Shown: positions 12,720-24,784 of the stretch, piece after piece | How the letters are laid out: every line of letters starts with the position of its first letter | How positions within the stretch are numbered: position 1 is the stretch's first letter | NCBI RefSeq assembly: GCF_004010195.1 | Contig: NC_057720.1 | Location: 35,468,028-35,512,254 of the forward strand | Source: Chiloscyllium plagiosum | Taxonomy: Eukaryota | Length of the DNA stretch: 44,227 nucleotides | Direction of reading: 5' to 3' | The notes under the pieces: model-generated | The model's input: the letters and a program-made list of their open reading frames with translations, nothing else | What the model was told of the DNA's origin: nothing | Databases searched by the model: none | Program-made: the position numbers and the translations under genes

Positions 12720-13110
12720 ATTGGTGGCATTGCAGGTCCCATTTATCTTGCTGGGGTAGATAAGCCAGCTTCATGGAGGGCTGGGAGATGAATATTAAAA
12801 CCCCTGCATTTGTAGCAGCTGCAAGCGTGTCGCTCCATTTTATTCCCCCTGATTAATGGCCTCCTATTCCTGATTTATAACTCCCCGCTGGACAAGCCTT
12901 AGCCACACTGGAAATATTAGAGAATTATTAAATAAACATTCATACGTCATGTCTGTTTCATACACTCCTCATAATGCAACTGACTCCAATAGGAATTCAA
13001 GCGCCAGCAACTGTTTGCTTTAACTCTGACACGCAGCATCTTGAATGATTCATGCCTCGACTTGCTAAAACACTTAGTGTCATACATCATGCCAGCAGTA
13101 GTCTCCCAGT
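12720..13110. promoter_or_regulatory. Candidate conserved non-coding enhancer
   Basis: No recognisable repeat and CpGs retained. PBX-HOX-type motifs TGATTAATGG (12850-12859) and TGATTTAT (12871-12878). Conservation not tested. Confidence 0.4.
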
Positions 13111-16100
13111 TTGCAGAGTGTCTGTGTTGGCCCAGGATGAATCAATCTCGACTGCAGGCCTCTTGCTGCCACATTAGGCATACATCATCACCCATTTTTT
13201 TCTCTCCAAGTCAGAGACCACTAGTCCCAGGGCCAGGGCCTCCAAAATATGACCCTTAATATTAATTTAGGCCAACCAAACCAGCCCGATGTTATCAGTC
13301 TAAACTTCTGCAGGCTGTGACAAAGTATTTAACAGAACTGCTCATCTAGAAATGCACAGAAATGGATAGGTGCATAGCTGGCTAATTGTGGGGTAGACTG
13401 TAGGGGATTAATGGTGAGAAGGAAGATGAAAAGGTATGGAGGAAGAGCTGCCACTGTTGATAAAATCAGACTATATTTTCCAAGATTTCCCTGAAAGCAT
13501 TACTAGAAGTAAAGAATGCTCTTGTTTGAGTTGACTCATATCAAACCCTGACAGATCCTGTTCATATCAATGATATAGTGGATTCCACTTGATGTTTTTG
13601 ATTAATGTTTCTGCTCTGTGAGTAGAAATGGCAAAAATCTATTGTGTTTACTCTGGATAACTTAAAAAAACTTGCACTTGTAAATTCTTGTTACAAGTGA
13701 TGTGTTCCATAGATTGCCCTTTCTACAACGTATAGATTATACTGCACCATTGCCTTAATTATTATCTGATTTTGTAGCAAAGCACAGCAAGTCCAAAGCT
13801 GAAAAGATTATGCACTTAATTTATATGTTTTCCTGAAAATAAATAAAATTCCACCAGCAAAATGTGCCACAGGCCACTCATACATTATGAATCTCACAAT
13901 GGAAATCCCCTTTACGTACAAATTACTGTTAAATGAATATAATTATACAGACAAATGATTTATGGACAGGGAAAGAAACAGACATGCTCGTGAGAGAATG
14001 GATTAGTGTGCGTATGCACTATACTACAGAATTTATGTAATGGAGAGACTTCTAATTAACCTATTTTTAAAAAATCAAACAATTTCAGCTGGAAAATTCA
14101 GAGGGAGACATTGAGCAGAGGCACCTTTTCTCCACCTGAGTCAGTGGAAAACAGTCTTAAGATCAATTAACCTTTGCATCCTCAGCTCACTTCCTGAGGC
14201 TTCGGGAATGCCCATCCCTTTTCCACAGAGATTTGAATACATTCCGGGGGGAATTAGAAGTATATATATTTGAAAAAAAAAGAATATTTTAGGCATATGC
14301 ACTATACATACGAGTGAATTCCTAAACTTTTCTTTATTATAGTTTCCAAGTGTATGATATTTAAGTCCCATATCTAGTTTATATTTGAATTTGTCTCTTT
14401 CATATCACAAGACCAGAAATGGAGGTAAAAACAATATTAGAACAACCAATCTATAAGCCAGGGTCAGTATGTTCAACTTACCCTACTATTCACAGTGAGC
14501 TTGCCAATTACCTTTCAGAATACATTATCTGATTTCACTTTCTTTAATATATGTTCTCTTTTTAAAACATTTATTTCTTCTTGGGGACATATGATAGTCA
14601 ATTACTTTAAGATAGAAAGAATAAGGAAAACAGAGAAGATAGCAAACCATGAAATAAAGTTGTTTAAAAGTAGTCATACAGAAACAGAACCAAATTCCTA
14701 TGAGCATACCAGCACCTTTTAAGATTTTCAATTATAATAGTTTCATAAACTACCTAGTACATCTCCAATAACTTGACAGAAACTGTGTCTATTAATGAGC
14801 TGTTAGCTCTATGTACCCATGCAACTTCTGTCAGCCACCTGACTGAAGCTACAGTTTAAACCCCCTCCTATCCTTCATGCCCTCCTCGCATGATCATTTG
14901 ACTGCAGTCCCAATTCTAACTCTTAATGCACCTGACGCTTCCCACACATAAATGGAAAGTCTTTAAACCACCACATGCCAACATTCTACAATAGGGCATG
15001 AAATATAATTAAGAATCACCCTTCCTATCCAGCCATCTGACTATAATCATGTTTTGTTTCTCTCAGAGTGGATGTAAATTAACAAAGCAAGAATTAAAAT
15101 TCGGCAATATTGGACAATAAATAAACCAATTACAGCAGTCAATAATAATGTGATCCTGCATTAAAATATCAATTTCATTTTTTAAAAATAACCACAGTGA
15201 AATTAAACACTCCATAAATATTTGCATTAAAAACACATTTATCTGATGGAATATTTTGGAAACACTTTAAAATTGTAATACACAATTATTATCCGCATCA
15301 GTAATACTTGTGAAAGATAAAAGAAAATAATGAGGTACTTTAAAAAGATAAAGAAAATCCATGCCATTTTAGAAATGACTGATTGCAATAATAAAACATG
15401 ACTGCATTTATTTACATTGCAAGTCCTGATAATTGATCTATTGATTCTGGCTATTGAGCCACATATCTGTTTCTCACAAAGAATCTACAGTACCAACACA
15501 TAAAATGCATTAGGAAATGCTGTCAATCATAACATGAATGCTTTGTCTCTAAAATTCTACTTGTATACAAGATGCCATTTTATCCATTTAATATCAAAGA
15601 AAACTAAATCACTTGATTTTTCACTATTTCTATTACAACCTTTTTTATATGGTTATCAAGGTTTATGCACTGGGCAGTCATAAAATGTGCAAACATTTAT
15701 GCAGCTCTGGAACAAACTGTACAAAGACAAAACATTTTACACAAGTGTACATGACAACATCAGGAACATCGATTGCATTTTACAGGTCAGAAAACACGGA
15801 AATTTCCAGTCTTACAAATTCTCTGAAATCAAGATTATTCAATATGTTAAAATAATAAGTACAAACATACTTGCTACCCACAAAATTTTAGTTCCTACTA
15901 TTAACTTTTCTATACTTTAAATTCCTGCATCCATGTTTGTAATGGAAATTGTTTTGCAAACAGGTTAAACCATACTGCCATCAATGTCTTCTAAACTATA
16001 TTATTTTTCTTCATTCATTGTCTCTATACTCAGCAATTCTTCAATTTAGCAACTTCAGCTCCAAGTCTTGCATAGTATTTTTGATTCCTGATCAACTTGA

Positions 16101-16294
16101 ATTTTCCCTCCCATTTTCTTCTTCCTACCCTCTACAATTCACCTCTTTCAGAAAACCATTCATCTCATCCTTCACTTAATTTTCAATTACTCCCGTTTGC
16201 CTCATCCTCTGGATCATTGAAAATGGCAAAGAGGTATCATCTCTCTTTATTTCAAAATTATAGACAATATCTTCCCTCCAAAAGTCCTGCTAAA

Positions 16295-16398
16295 ATTTGC
16301 TTTCCCAAACTGCAGCACCTCACATTTATCCAAATTAAACTCCATCTGCCACTTCTCAGCCCACTGGACCATCTGATCAAGATCCCGTTGTAATCTGT
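16295..16398 (-). mobile_element. CR1 ORF2 fragment
   Basis: The reverse complement encodes LQRDLDQMVQWAEKWQMEFNLDKCEVLQFG. Confidence 0.75.
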
Positions 16399-16399
16399 T

Positions 16400-17433
16400 G
16401 TAAACGAAACAAATTAGAGGAAACCTTCAAGACCATCACTAATACCCTTACTGACATAAAGTTCACTAAAGAGGAGGAAAACAACAACAAACTGCCATTC
16501 CTAGATGTCGCAGTAGAGCGAACAGCCAATGGGGAACTTCAAACCAATGTCTGCATGAAAATAACACATACTGACCAAATACTGAACTACAGAAGCAATC
16601 ATCCCAAAACTCACAAATGAAGCTGCATTAAAACATTATTTCAATGAGCCACCATATACTGCAGCACAGAGGAACTACGCAGAGCAGAGAAAAATCACCT
16701 ATACAATGTATTCAAAAAGAACGGGTAACCGATGAACACAGTCCTTCGATTTCTTAGCAACAAACCCTAAGAAGCAGAAAAAACATGCCCAGAAATCTTA
16801 GCCACTCACCCCTACATCAAAAACATCTTGGAAATGACTGCCAGACTACTCAGACCTCTTGGCATCATGGTAATCCACCAACACACTAAAACAGCAGTTA
16901 ATGAACTTGAAAGACTCTATACAGACAACAAGCAAAACTAATGCCATTTACAAAATACCTTGCAAGAGCTGTAACAAACACTACATTGGGCAAACAGGCA
17001 GAAAACTAGCCACCCCTGATACATCAACATCAACAAGCCACAAAAAGACATGACCTACTCTCAATAGTATCCTTACATACAGATGAGGAAGGACACCACT
17101 TCGACTGGGAAAACACATCCATCCTAGGACAAGCCAAACAGACATGCACGAGAATTCCTAGAAGCATAGTATTCCAATCGGAACTGTATCAACAAACACA
17201 TTGACTTGAATCCCATTTACCACCACAAAAAAAGAATGGGAAATGACATCATCACATGAATGCTGTCATCACGGGAAATGATGTCACCAACCCAAGGAAA
17301 CCTAAACACAAACAGAAAGTGGGTCATGCCACCCCCAGCGCTTCATCCAGAGGCTCACTGATGATGTTACCTAGTATGGTGACGAAATGTCTGAAAAATG
17401 AACCTCCCAGCTCAGCTAGCAAACCTACATCCA
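16400..17433 (+). mobile_element. Penelope-like retroelement, 5'-truncated and degenerate: RT C-terminus, GIY-YIG endonuclease and terminal repeat
   Basis: Encodes IKFTKEEENNNKLPFLDV, THTDQILNYRSNHP and the GIY-YIG motif NAIYKIPCKSCNKHYIGQTGRKL. It has in-frame stops and frameshifts, and a hammerhead motif near the 3' end. Confidence 0.9.
17355..17394 (+). ncRNA. Minimal hammerhead ribozyme-like motif (PLE-associated)
   Basis: tca-CTGATGA-t-GTTACC-tagtat-GGTGAC-GAAA-tg-TC-tga: both core boxes, a 6-bp stem II and a short stem I (tca/tga). Confidence 0.65.
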
Positions 17434-18037
17434 AGGAATATATGATAAAATTACACATGGAAAATTAAAGAGGAAGTTATCAATTAGTTGGGGCTGTGCA
17501 AATCAAAGGTCATTCAACAATACAAAGGTGTGTTCTTGCAATTTTTTTTTCCCACAAAAGATTATCTGCTGCTCCTGGAAATTGCTAGGTCAAACAGAAT
17601 AATACACAGCATATATTTTACTTACATATCTTGTAAGTCCTTCAACAGTCAGAAATCTTTAGCGAGATCTCACTCACTACCTACATTGTTCTGAATCTTA
17701 AGCGTGAGGCCTGTACAACTCTAAAGGCTTAAAACATTCTCCGGCAGCAATTTGGGACAAATAGAAAATATAGCTTTGTAGGATTTTTGTAAAAAAAACA
17801 TTTGCAGCAAAATGTTACAAACCCTCTCAAACATTATTCTATTTATTTGCTATTGCATGTACACTTAATAGATTATAAAATATTGCAATACAATTTCTGC
17901 ACTCTATCCTGAAATTCACTGATACTAAACAACTTGGAAGCCTTTGCTGCAGATAATGGAAATGCAATTCTTCTATTTTGAGAGTCAATCAGGACAGAAA
18001 CTGTCTTGATCCATCCCATTAACGCACCAGTACTTAC

Positions 18038-18119
18038 TTTTCAATCTCGCTGTTTTTACATGTCTTCTGTGTCTGTACCTCTAATTTACCACTTTCCCCA
18101 TTACTTGTTGAAGGCATTT
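18038..18119 (-). CDS. RNF220: RNF220 internal coding exon (82 nt, phase 1 to 2): (E)MPSTSNGESGKLEVQTQKTCKNSEIE(K)
   Basis: Matches recalled EMPSTSNGESSKQEAMQKTCKNSDIEK. Acceptor ttgatttctttacAG and donor AAA|GTAAGT. Confidence 0.95.
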
Positions 18120-19879
18120 CTGTAAAGAAATCAAATATAAAAATAGATCCAAGGTATTCATTTACTTAAAAGTAAATCTATATTTTTCAAAATCACACAT
18201 GTGCATACCTGAGACAGTGTATTTATTCTGTGAATAGTTTTATGCATTGTACTCCCAATCAGAATAGAGTTAAAAATAGCCAAAAGTAATTTTTGTTCAA
18301 ACCTTTAAAACCAGTAACGTCAGCACATATCCCTGACTAAATTTCAATTTGAGTCACTGGAATGAAAAGACAACTTTTTTTTTGCCTAATGTTCTTCTTC
18401 CTCCCTAATATGAAGGTGTTGAGAAGAGTTAACAGGTACAATACCATGTAAAGTTAGCTCACTTAGTTGCATATATTATAAACAGAAAAAATATTAACTT
18501 ACTATATTGCAATAATTTATTAAAACATGCTGTTATTTTAACTTGGTTCACATACTAGAACTCTTACCAGTCAGAAAACTTTCTGGTTCATTCTCTATTT
18601 CAAGATTTAAGAACCCAGACTGACATTTTAATATAGTGTCAACAGACAGCCACGCAATAAATATACTCAATCAAAACCACTGAAAGTGAATTATCTACAG
18701 ATTATTTCATTTGCGTTGTATCTTCAAAACTTCTGCATTTTCCAAGAAATAATAGTGACTTTTCAGCATGCAATATTATTTTTGTTGTGAAGCATTGTTA
18801 CAATTGCCAGTCTTGCTTGCCCTCTTCGGTTCAAAGGCATCACTCATTCCTTTAAATGCATCCCTGCCCTTAATCCAAGACTAGGACAACATAACCCTCG
18901 GGCACAAGTATACCATTACTAGTCTACATTATACCAGGAAGGATTAACCATGAACAAAAATGGTATTATTAAAACAGACAATTGATCAATAAATCAAGTC
19001 TTTGAGGGACTATATCAAATTCCTTCAAAATTGCATTTTAACTTTTTCAGTCATCATGTAAGTGCCATGGCAAGGGGCATAGACCAATATGGTATTCCAA
19101 ACTTGCTGATTAAAGCAACAGTGGATAATCTTGTGTTGGAGTCTTGGGTAAGCCAATCTTTCATGTTTTCGAGTGGCTTCCTGTGCTATTGCTATCTTCA
19201 TCTTCTTCTGTTAATCCTTCAACTGGGGGATTAGGCACTGCAACTCTTCTGCACGATAACATACCCAAAGAATTTTTCTTTGAATTTTCCTTCTTTTGAT
19301 ACTGGTTAAGAATTCTCTTGTATAGCAGGTCTCATTCATTACTTCTTTCTTAGTTGTTACTTCACCTAGCCTTAGTGATCCATATTTAGGATCCTTCTCT
19401 AGCAGCTCAGTTTGAAGCTATTGATTTCCTTTCATTCTCCTTTCCCATAACTACAAGATTACTGACCAGACATAATTGCCTTAGTACTTTTGTTTAAACT
19501 GGTATCTTGCCTTAAAACTCAACTTCTAAATTTAACTTGTTTTCAAAACCCTTTTTTTCTGGAAAAGGAGTCATAAAATTTCCAAAATCCAGTAAATAGG
19601 TTCGAAAGACAGAAAAATGTGCTACTAAGCAAAAGTTCTTTCTTCCTTGCTGCTACATTATTTCCATCCTAATACATAATCCACAATAAAAGAGAATCAC
19701 TCCTGTTTGCCCACTTCAACCCAAAACTGTCCCATAACAATCTGCAGAGTAACATAAGGATGGCACAACAGATCAGAACACCTAAGTCTCCTATTCTGAT
19801 AACTCATGTGGAAAGATAGTTTAACAACGAACATTACATTGAAAAGCATCTGGTTGAAATTGAACTTTAAACTACGTAC

Positions 19880-19935
19880 CATCACTAGCCCATTTGGAAA
19901 ACTCTGGTGTTATTCTGTTGCTTGGGGTTCCGCCA
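19880..19935 (-). CDS. RNF220: RNF220 internal coding exon (56 nt, phase 2 to 1): (N)GGTPSNRITPEFSKWASD(E)
   Basis: Matches recalled GGPPSTRITPEFSKWASD. Acceptor ttattgcttttgcAG and donor ATG|GTACGT. Confidence 0.95.
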
Positions 19936-20261
19936 CTGCAAAAGCAATAACACATCCTGGTTACTGTCACATTTATTAACAGCACTGTCTGACACCTGCA
20001 AATGCAGAGTACAGTTGCAATCAAGAACCAAAGAATTCAAAATTCAGACATGAGAAAATTATTTTGCGCTACCACCCAGTTTGGAGATTTTTCGAAGGAA
20101 AGATCGAAGGAACTAATACACATCTCACAAAATAAAAATACAAATGCTAGTTTTTAATTTATGAAGAGTTTAAACATTGCTAAAAAAGGAGACAAGAACT
20201 CGAAATGTTTCATCTTGCATTTATCAGGACAATGATGCTACAAACAGACTTGAATAAAGGG

Positions 20262-21055
20262 ATTTGATTTGATTTATTATTGTCACATGTACCACAATAC
20301 AGTGAAAAGTATTGAATTGCATGCGAACCAGACAAATCATATCTTACATAACTACGTCAGAGTAATAAAACAGAGTGCAAAATGTAGTGTTACAGCGACA
20401 AAGAAAGATCAACCCTAACATATAAGATAACCGTTCATAAGTCTAATAATAGCAGAGAAGAAACTGTTCTTAAATCTGTTGATATGTGTTTTCAAACTTT
20501 TCTATCTTTTGCCTGATGAAAGAGAGTGCAAGACAGTATAACCAGGCTGGGAGGAGACGTTGATTATGTTAGCTGATTTCCTGAGACAGTGGGAAGTATA
20601 GATGGAGTCAATGGAAAGAAGGCTGGTTTTCACCATAGACTGGACTGCATTTACAACTCTGTAATTTCTTGTGGTCTTGGGTAGAGAAGTTGCCAAGCCA
20701 AGCTACAATACATTCGAACAGGATGGTTTTTATGGTGCATCAATAAAAACTGATAAGAGACATTGTTGACATGCCAAATTTCCTTAGCCTTGTGAGGAAG
20801 TAGAGGAGTTGGTGTGTTTTCTTCACTGTTACGTTGATGTGGATGGACCAATTTAGATCATTGGTGACATTTACTCCAAGGAACTTTAAGCTCTCCATAA
20901 CCTCGACCTCAGCACCATTGTGACAGACAGGGACCTGTCCTCCACTCCGCTTCCTGAAGTCGATGACCAGCTTCTTCATTTTGCTGACATTGAGGGAGAG
21001 ATTATTGTTTTTACACCATGCCATTAAGTTCTCTATCTCCTTCCTGTTGTTCTGA
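20262..21055 (-). mobile_element. Rex1/Babar LINE 3' fragment
   Basis: ORF 20740-21102 contains WCKNNNLSLNVSKMKKLVIDFRKR...KFLGVNVTNDLNWSIHI...LYFLTRLRKFG. The 3' tail is gtgacaataataaatcaaatcaaa. Confidence 0.85.
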
Positions 21056-21099
21056 CAAGGGTACTGACTGGTTCGGCCATTAGAAGCATGGAAATGTAG

Positions 21100-21720
21100 C
21101 AAGAACAGTTAACTATCAATCATAATTCTCAGACCAGAATCCGACTGGTCAGCGTGCTGCCATCAGAATGTAGCAGAGATTGGCAGTTTCCCGAAGTCTT
21201 TTTTATTTTTCCATGAGGAAGGTGCAACATATATATGAATTTCTTTGCCTGGGTCCAGTGTATTAATGTGTAACATGCAGATGTATCACGCTGTGAGCTT
21301 GACTGACAATTTTAAATTGGGTTCCAATGCAATTAGCGAACTGTGCTCAACCAGCCCAGGCTTGCAAGTCTCAGAATAGTACATTCTCCAGTATGAGAAC
21401 CTGTTATTGGAAATTACTTATTAAGTAATCCAGTCTGTGCCAAAATTTACATTACAAACCAATTTAAGATTACCAGACAGGATTCCAGTGCAATACATTT
21501 GTACATGCTAGAAGCTACACATATGAATATGATTCTGTTTCATGTAAGCAAAAGAATTCATTCGTCATTTTTTTTAAAATGGAAAAATAGCAACAGTCAA
21601 AGAGATTGCCAATCTCTGCTGCATTCCAGTAGCAACACCCTGACTAGAGTCTACTGGTCTGGTATGAGAACTAACATTGACATTTAACTGTTCTTGCTGT
21701 ATTTTAAGCCAATGATGACC
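21100..21720 (+). mobile_element. Highly decayed Penelope-like element, endonuclease end
   Basis: About 21400-21520 translates to VIGNYLLSNPVCAKIYITNQFKI...HLYMLEAT, resembling the PLE endonuclease C-terminus (AIGQHLL.NP.CA..Y....F.I....LEA). Confidence 0.5.
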
Positions 21721-22632
21721 TCAGTAATCAGCACCTTCTCACAATGCATAAATTGTGTCCCCTTCTTCAATTCTGTTTCTTGCATCATAGTCTTGATGGG
21801 GTCAAGATGAAATGTTTTGACTTCTTGATTCCTTTTAGGAATGTTTATGTTGCAGATTACTAAGCAATTGCTTGAGAAGGAATTTATTGTTCTAACTGTA
21901 AAGAATAGAACGATGACTATAAAGCAAGGAATCGGATTGATTAAACTGCTTATCTTCAGTTAATGAACTCAAAATATAAACAGACAGATCACCACAGTTA
22001 AAAAGAATCGGCATGGAAGATTCAAAGGGATAAACGTACCAAGAGCTCCCCATACAAAAAGCTATCAAAGAGAAAACATCCTGGAGGTTGCTCTACAAAG
22101 ATCAAATCTGACAATCAAAATACATTTTCTGGAACTAGGTAAACCATGAGAACGAATGGCAATCTGGTGAGTGAGTTAATAGATCAATAAAAAAAAAAGA
22201 GTTGTGAATCATAGAAGAGAGAGAATAAGATTAAAGGATATCCTCTGCATGGTACAATATTCTCTCCTTGTACAGGTAACACCTTTGTGTTTTTTAAATC
22301 TCAAATCTCAGATGAGAAACTCAAGATGTGATACCTCCACTCTCATATTAAATCTTCCTGTGACTTCTGACTAAGAATAACAGTACAGCAGTGACTAATG
22401 GCAGATTACAAGCACCTGAACAAAGAAGTGGATTGAAATGACACCAAATTAATTTCGTACGAAACCCAGACAAAGAGGTGTTGCTCATCTCATTTGTTCT
22501 CCATCAAGCATAATGTCACAGGGGTAAAAGGTCAAGTATTTTAACTATGCTTTTCTACAGGAAGAATTCAGAATATTTTTAAATTTAATTGGCATGTTTG
22601 AACCAAAAATCACAAAAAAATTAAACACTTAC

Positions 22633-22719
22633 TTTAGCACAGCACCCCGGAGTGCTTCCCTCTCTTTGGCCTCACCTGGTTCTTCTCCTGTACAAGGTAT
22701 AATGTCTGCCTCTGTGTAT
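22633..22719 (-). CDS. RNF220: RNF220 internal coding exon (87 nt, phase 2 to 2): (Q)YTEADIIPCTGEEPGEAKEREALRGAVL(N)
   Basis: Near-identical to recalled YTEADVIPCTGEEPGEAKEREALRGAVLN. Acceptor gCCCTTAATttggctaacAG and donor AAA|GTAAGT. Confidence 0.96.
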
Positions 22720-23454
22720 CTGTTAGCCAAATTAAGGGCATAACAAGGTGACAAAAGTAAATCAGCTGATGTTCATTATATTTCATCTTCTTAATAAGAA
22801 AATTCTTGGGGGAGCAGCCCTCTTGTGGTGCAATCGCAGTGTGACTATCCCTGAATCAAAACACCTGGCTTCAAGTCCATTCTGCTCCAGAGATTGTACT
22901 ATCATTCTAAACAGGTTGATTAGAAAATATATTAGTAAGAAAACATCCTGGTATTTGACAATCTGGTACTTATTTGGTTTTCTTCCTGGGAAATATATTT
23001 TGTACCAATGCTTTCTGAGTTATGATCATAACATAAATAGTACAGTCATGGTTATAATAGCCAAGGTAAGATTGTTGTGACTTCGGAGAGCACCAATTCA
23101 GTTCAAAATGAAATTATTTTCAAATCTGTCATTATAATTTCAGCTATGACAGATAATTTACTGGAATATGTTGATTTTACATTATCCATCAACATTTCAA
23201 CTTGTGTGTTGGTCATCATATCCTTTAGAGCTGGTGCATAAATATCACTCAGTTAGGAGCATCTGAGGCCTCCCACCCAAGTATGACAAAGTGTGATAAT
23301 ATGCTGTGTGAAGATGATAATTAGAAAAAATACTATACATTACTTATTCCTTAAAAAAATTCAGAAAAAAATGAGGAAAGGCAGGCTATCTAAAGTTCCT
23401 GCTGACAGAACAAAAGAATCAAATAAAGTACTATTCATCAAAATAAAAGGATGC
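22720..23454 (-). other. RNF220: U12-type (minor spliceosome) intron with GC-AG termini, 735 nt
   Basis: 5' end GCATCCTTT at 23454-23446 versus consensus RTATCCTTT. Branch site GCCCTTAAT at 22739-22731 ends 11 nt before the 3' splice site, with no polypyrimidine tract. The reading frame fixes the boundaries. Confidence 0.85.
22810..22930 (+). mobile_element. Short tRNA-derived SINE-like element inside the U12-type intron
   Basis: A-box-like tggtgcaatcg, B-box-like cctggcttcaagtcca, end aacaggttgattagaaaatat. Paralog at 8103-8210. Confidence 0.55.
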
Positions 23455-23551
23455 TGTGGTTTCCCATATTCCAGGGTGTCATCGCCATCCACGTCAAGAT
23501 CTGCATCACTGTCATGGTTCTCTTTACTGCTGCAGGTGACAAAGCCAGATC
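23455..23551 (-). CDS. RNF220: RNF220 internal coding exon (97 nt, phase 1 to 2): (G)SGFVTCSSKENHDSDADLDVDGDDTLEYGKP(Q)
   Basis: Matches recalled RNF220 GSGF..C..KEN.DSDADLDVDGDDTLEYGKPQ. Acceptor ccccttttcgacatAG. The donor is the U12-like GCATCCTTT. Confidence 0.95.
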
Positions 23552-23774
23552 CTATGTCGAAAAGGGGATTTTAAAAAAAAGTGTTCATTAAAACCCTTGA
23601 ATTCATATCTTCATGCACAATTCATTCTCCATCACAATTTAAGAACATTATTTTTCTTCAACTCACATAATTTTCTTGACATTTTTAAACAGATAACTAG
23701 GAATAGTGGCCCAATTAAAATTTTAAATGGAGATAGAAAAAATGCTATGCGAGAAGCTAAGATGAAAATGAAAA

Positions 23775-24665
23775 TCATAGAATCCCTACGGTGTGGAAAT
23801 AGGCCATTTGGCCCAACAAGTCATGTTGCAGCTGTACAGGATTTTGGTTAGGCCACTGTTGAAATATTGCGTGCAATTCTGGTCTCCTTCCTATCAAAAA
23901 GATGTTGTGAAACTTGAAAAGGTTCAAAAAAGATTTACTAGGATGTTGCCAGGTTTGGAGGATTTGAGCTATAGGGAGAGGTTGAATAAGCTGGGGCTGT
24001 TTTCCCTAGATTGTCAGAGGCTGAGGGGTGACCTGATAGAGGTTTACAAAATTATGAGGGGTATGGATAGGATAAATAGACAAAGTCTTTTCCCTGGGAT
24101 TGGGGAGTCCAGAATTAGAGGGCATAGGTTTAGGGTGAGAGGAGAAACATATGAAAGGGACCTAAAGGGCAATTTTTTCACACAGATGGTGGTACAGGTA
24201 TGGAATGAGCTGCCAGAGGAAGTGGTGGTGACTCGCACAACTGCAACATTTAAAAGGCATCTGGATAGGTTTCTGAATAGGAAGGGTTTGGAGGGATATG
24301 GGCCAGGTGCTGGCAGGTGGGACTAAATTGGGTTGGGATATCTGGTCGGCATGGACGAGTTGGACCGAAGGGTCTGTTTCTGTGATGTACATCTCTATGA
24401 ATCTCAAGACTCGAAGTCTACACCGACCCTCCGAAGAGTAACCCACCCAGACCCATTCCCGTTACTGTACATTTCACCCCTAACCAATGCACCTAACTGA
24501 ACACTACGGCCAATTTACCTAGCCAGCACATCTTTGGATTGTGGGAGGAAACCCACGCAGGTACAGGAAGTATGTGTAAACTCCACACAGAAGTTGCCTG
24601 AGGTTAGAATTGAACCTACATCCATGTGAGGCAGCAGGGTTAACCACTGAGCCACCGTGCTGCCC
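23775..24665 (-). mobile_element. HE1-type (V-SINE) shark SINE split by a CR1 insertion
   Basis: Head gggcagcacggtggctcagtggtta (reverse complement at 24665) and V-domain tgcgtgggtttcctcc. The tail piece lies at 23775-23822. Confidence 0.85.
23823..24413 (+). mobile_element. Young CR1 LINE 3' fragment with intact ORF2 C-terminus
   Basis: ORF 23793-24326 contains LYRILVRPLLKYCVQFWSP...RLRGDLIEVYKIM...NFFTQMVVQVWNELP. Flanked by the duplication aagtc. Confidence 0.93.
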
Positions 24666-24784
24666 TTTAACAATAAAAATAAATGCTTGATACTACTAAT
24701 CTATTTATTGTACAGCCTTATTCTGTTCACTGAACTGACACCAATGTGTTCACTGTACAGCCTTACAGTCTTCATATTATTACA

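Noticed and set aside
17626..17710. AG...GTAAGT-bounded cassette downstream of the 18038 exon
   Set aside because: Poor pyrimidine tract, immediate stop codon, and such sites are common by chance.
23793..24326. 177-aa ORF as a host gene
   Set aside because: It is the C-terminus of CR1 ORF2, and its start codon lies in the flanking SINE.
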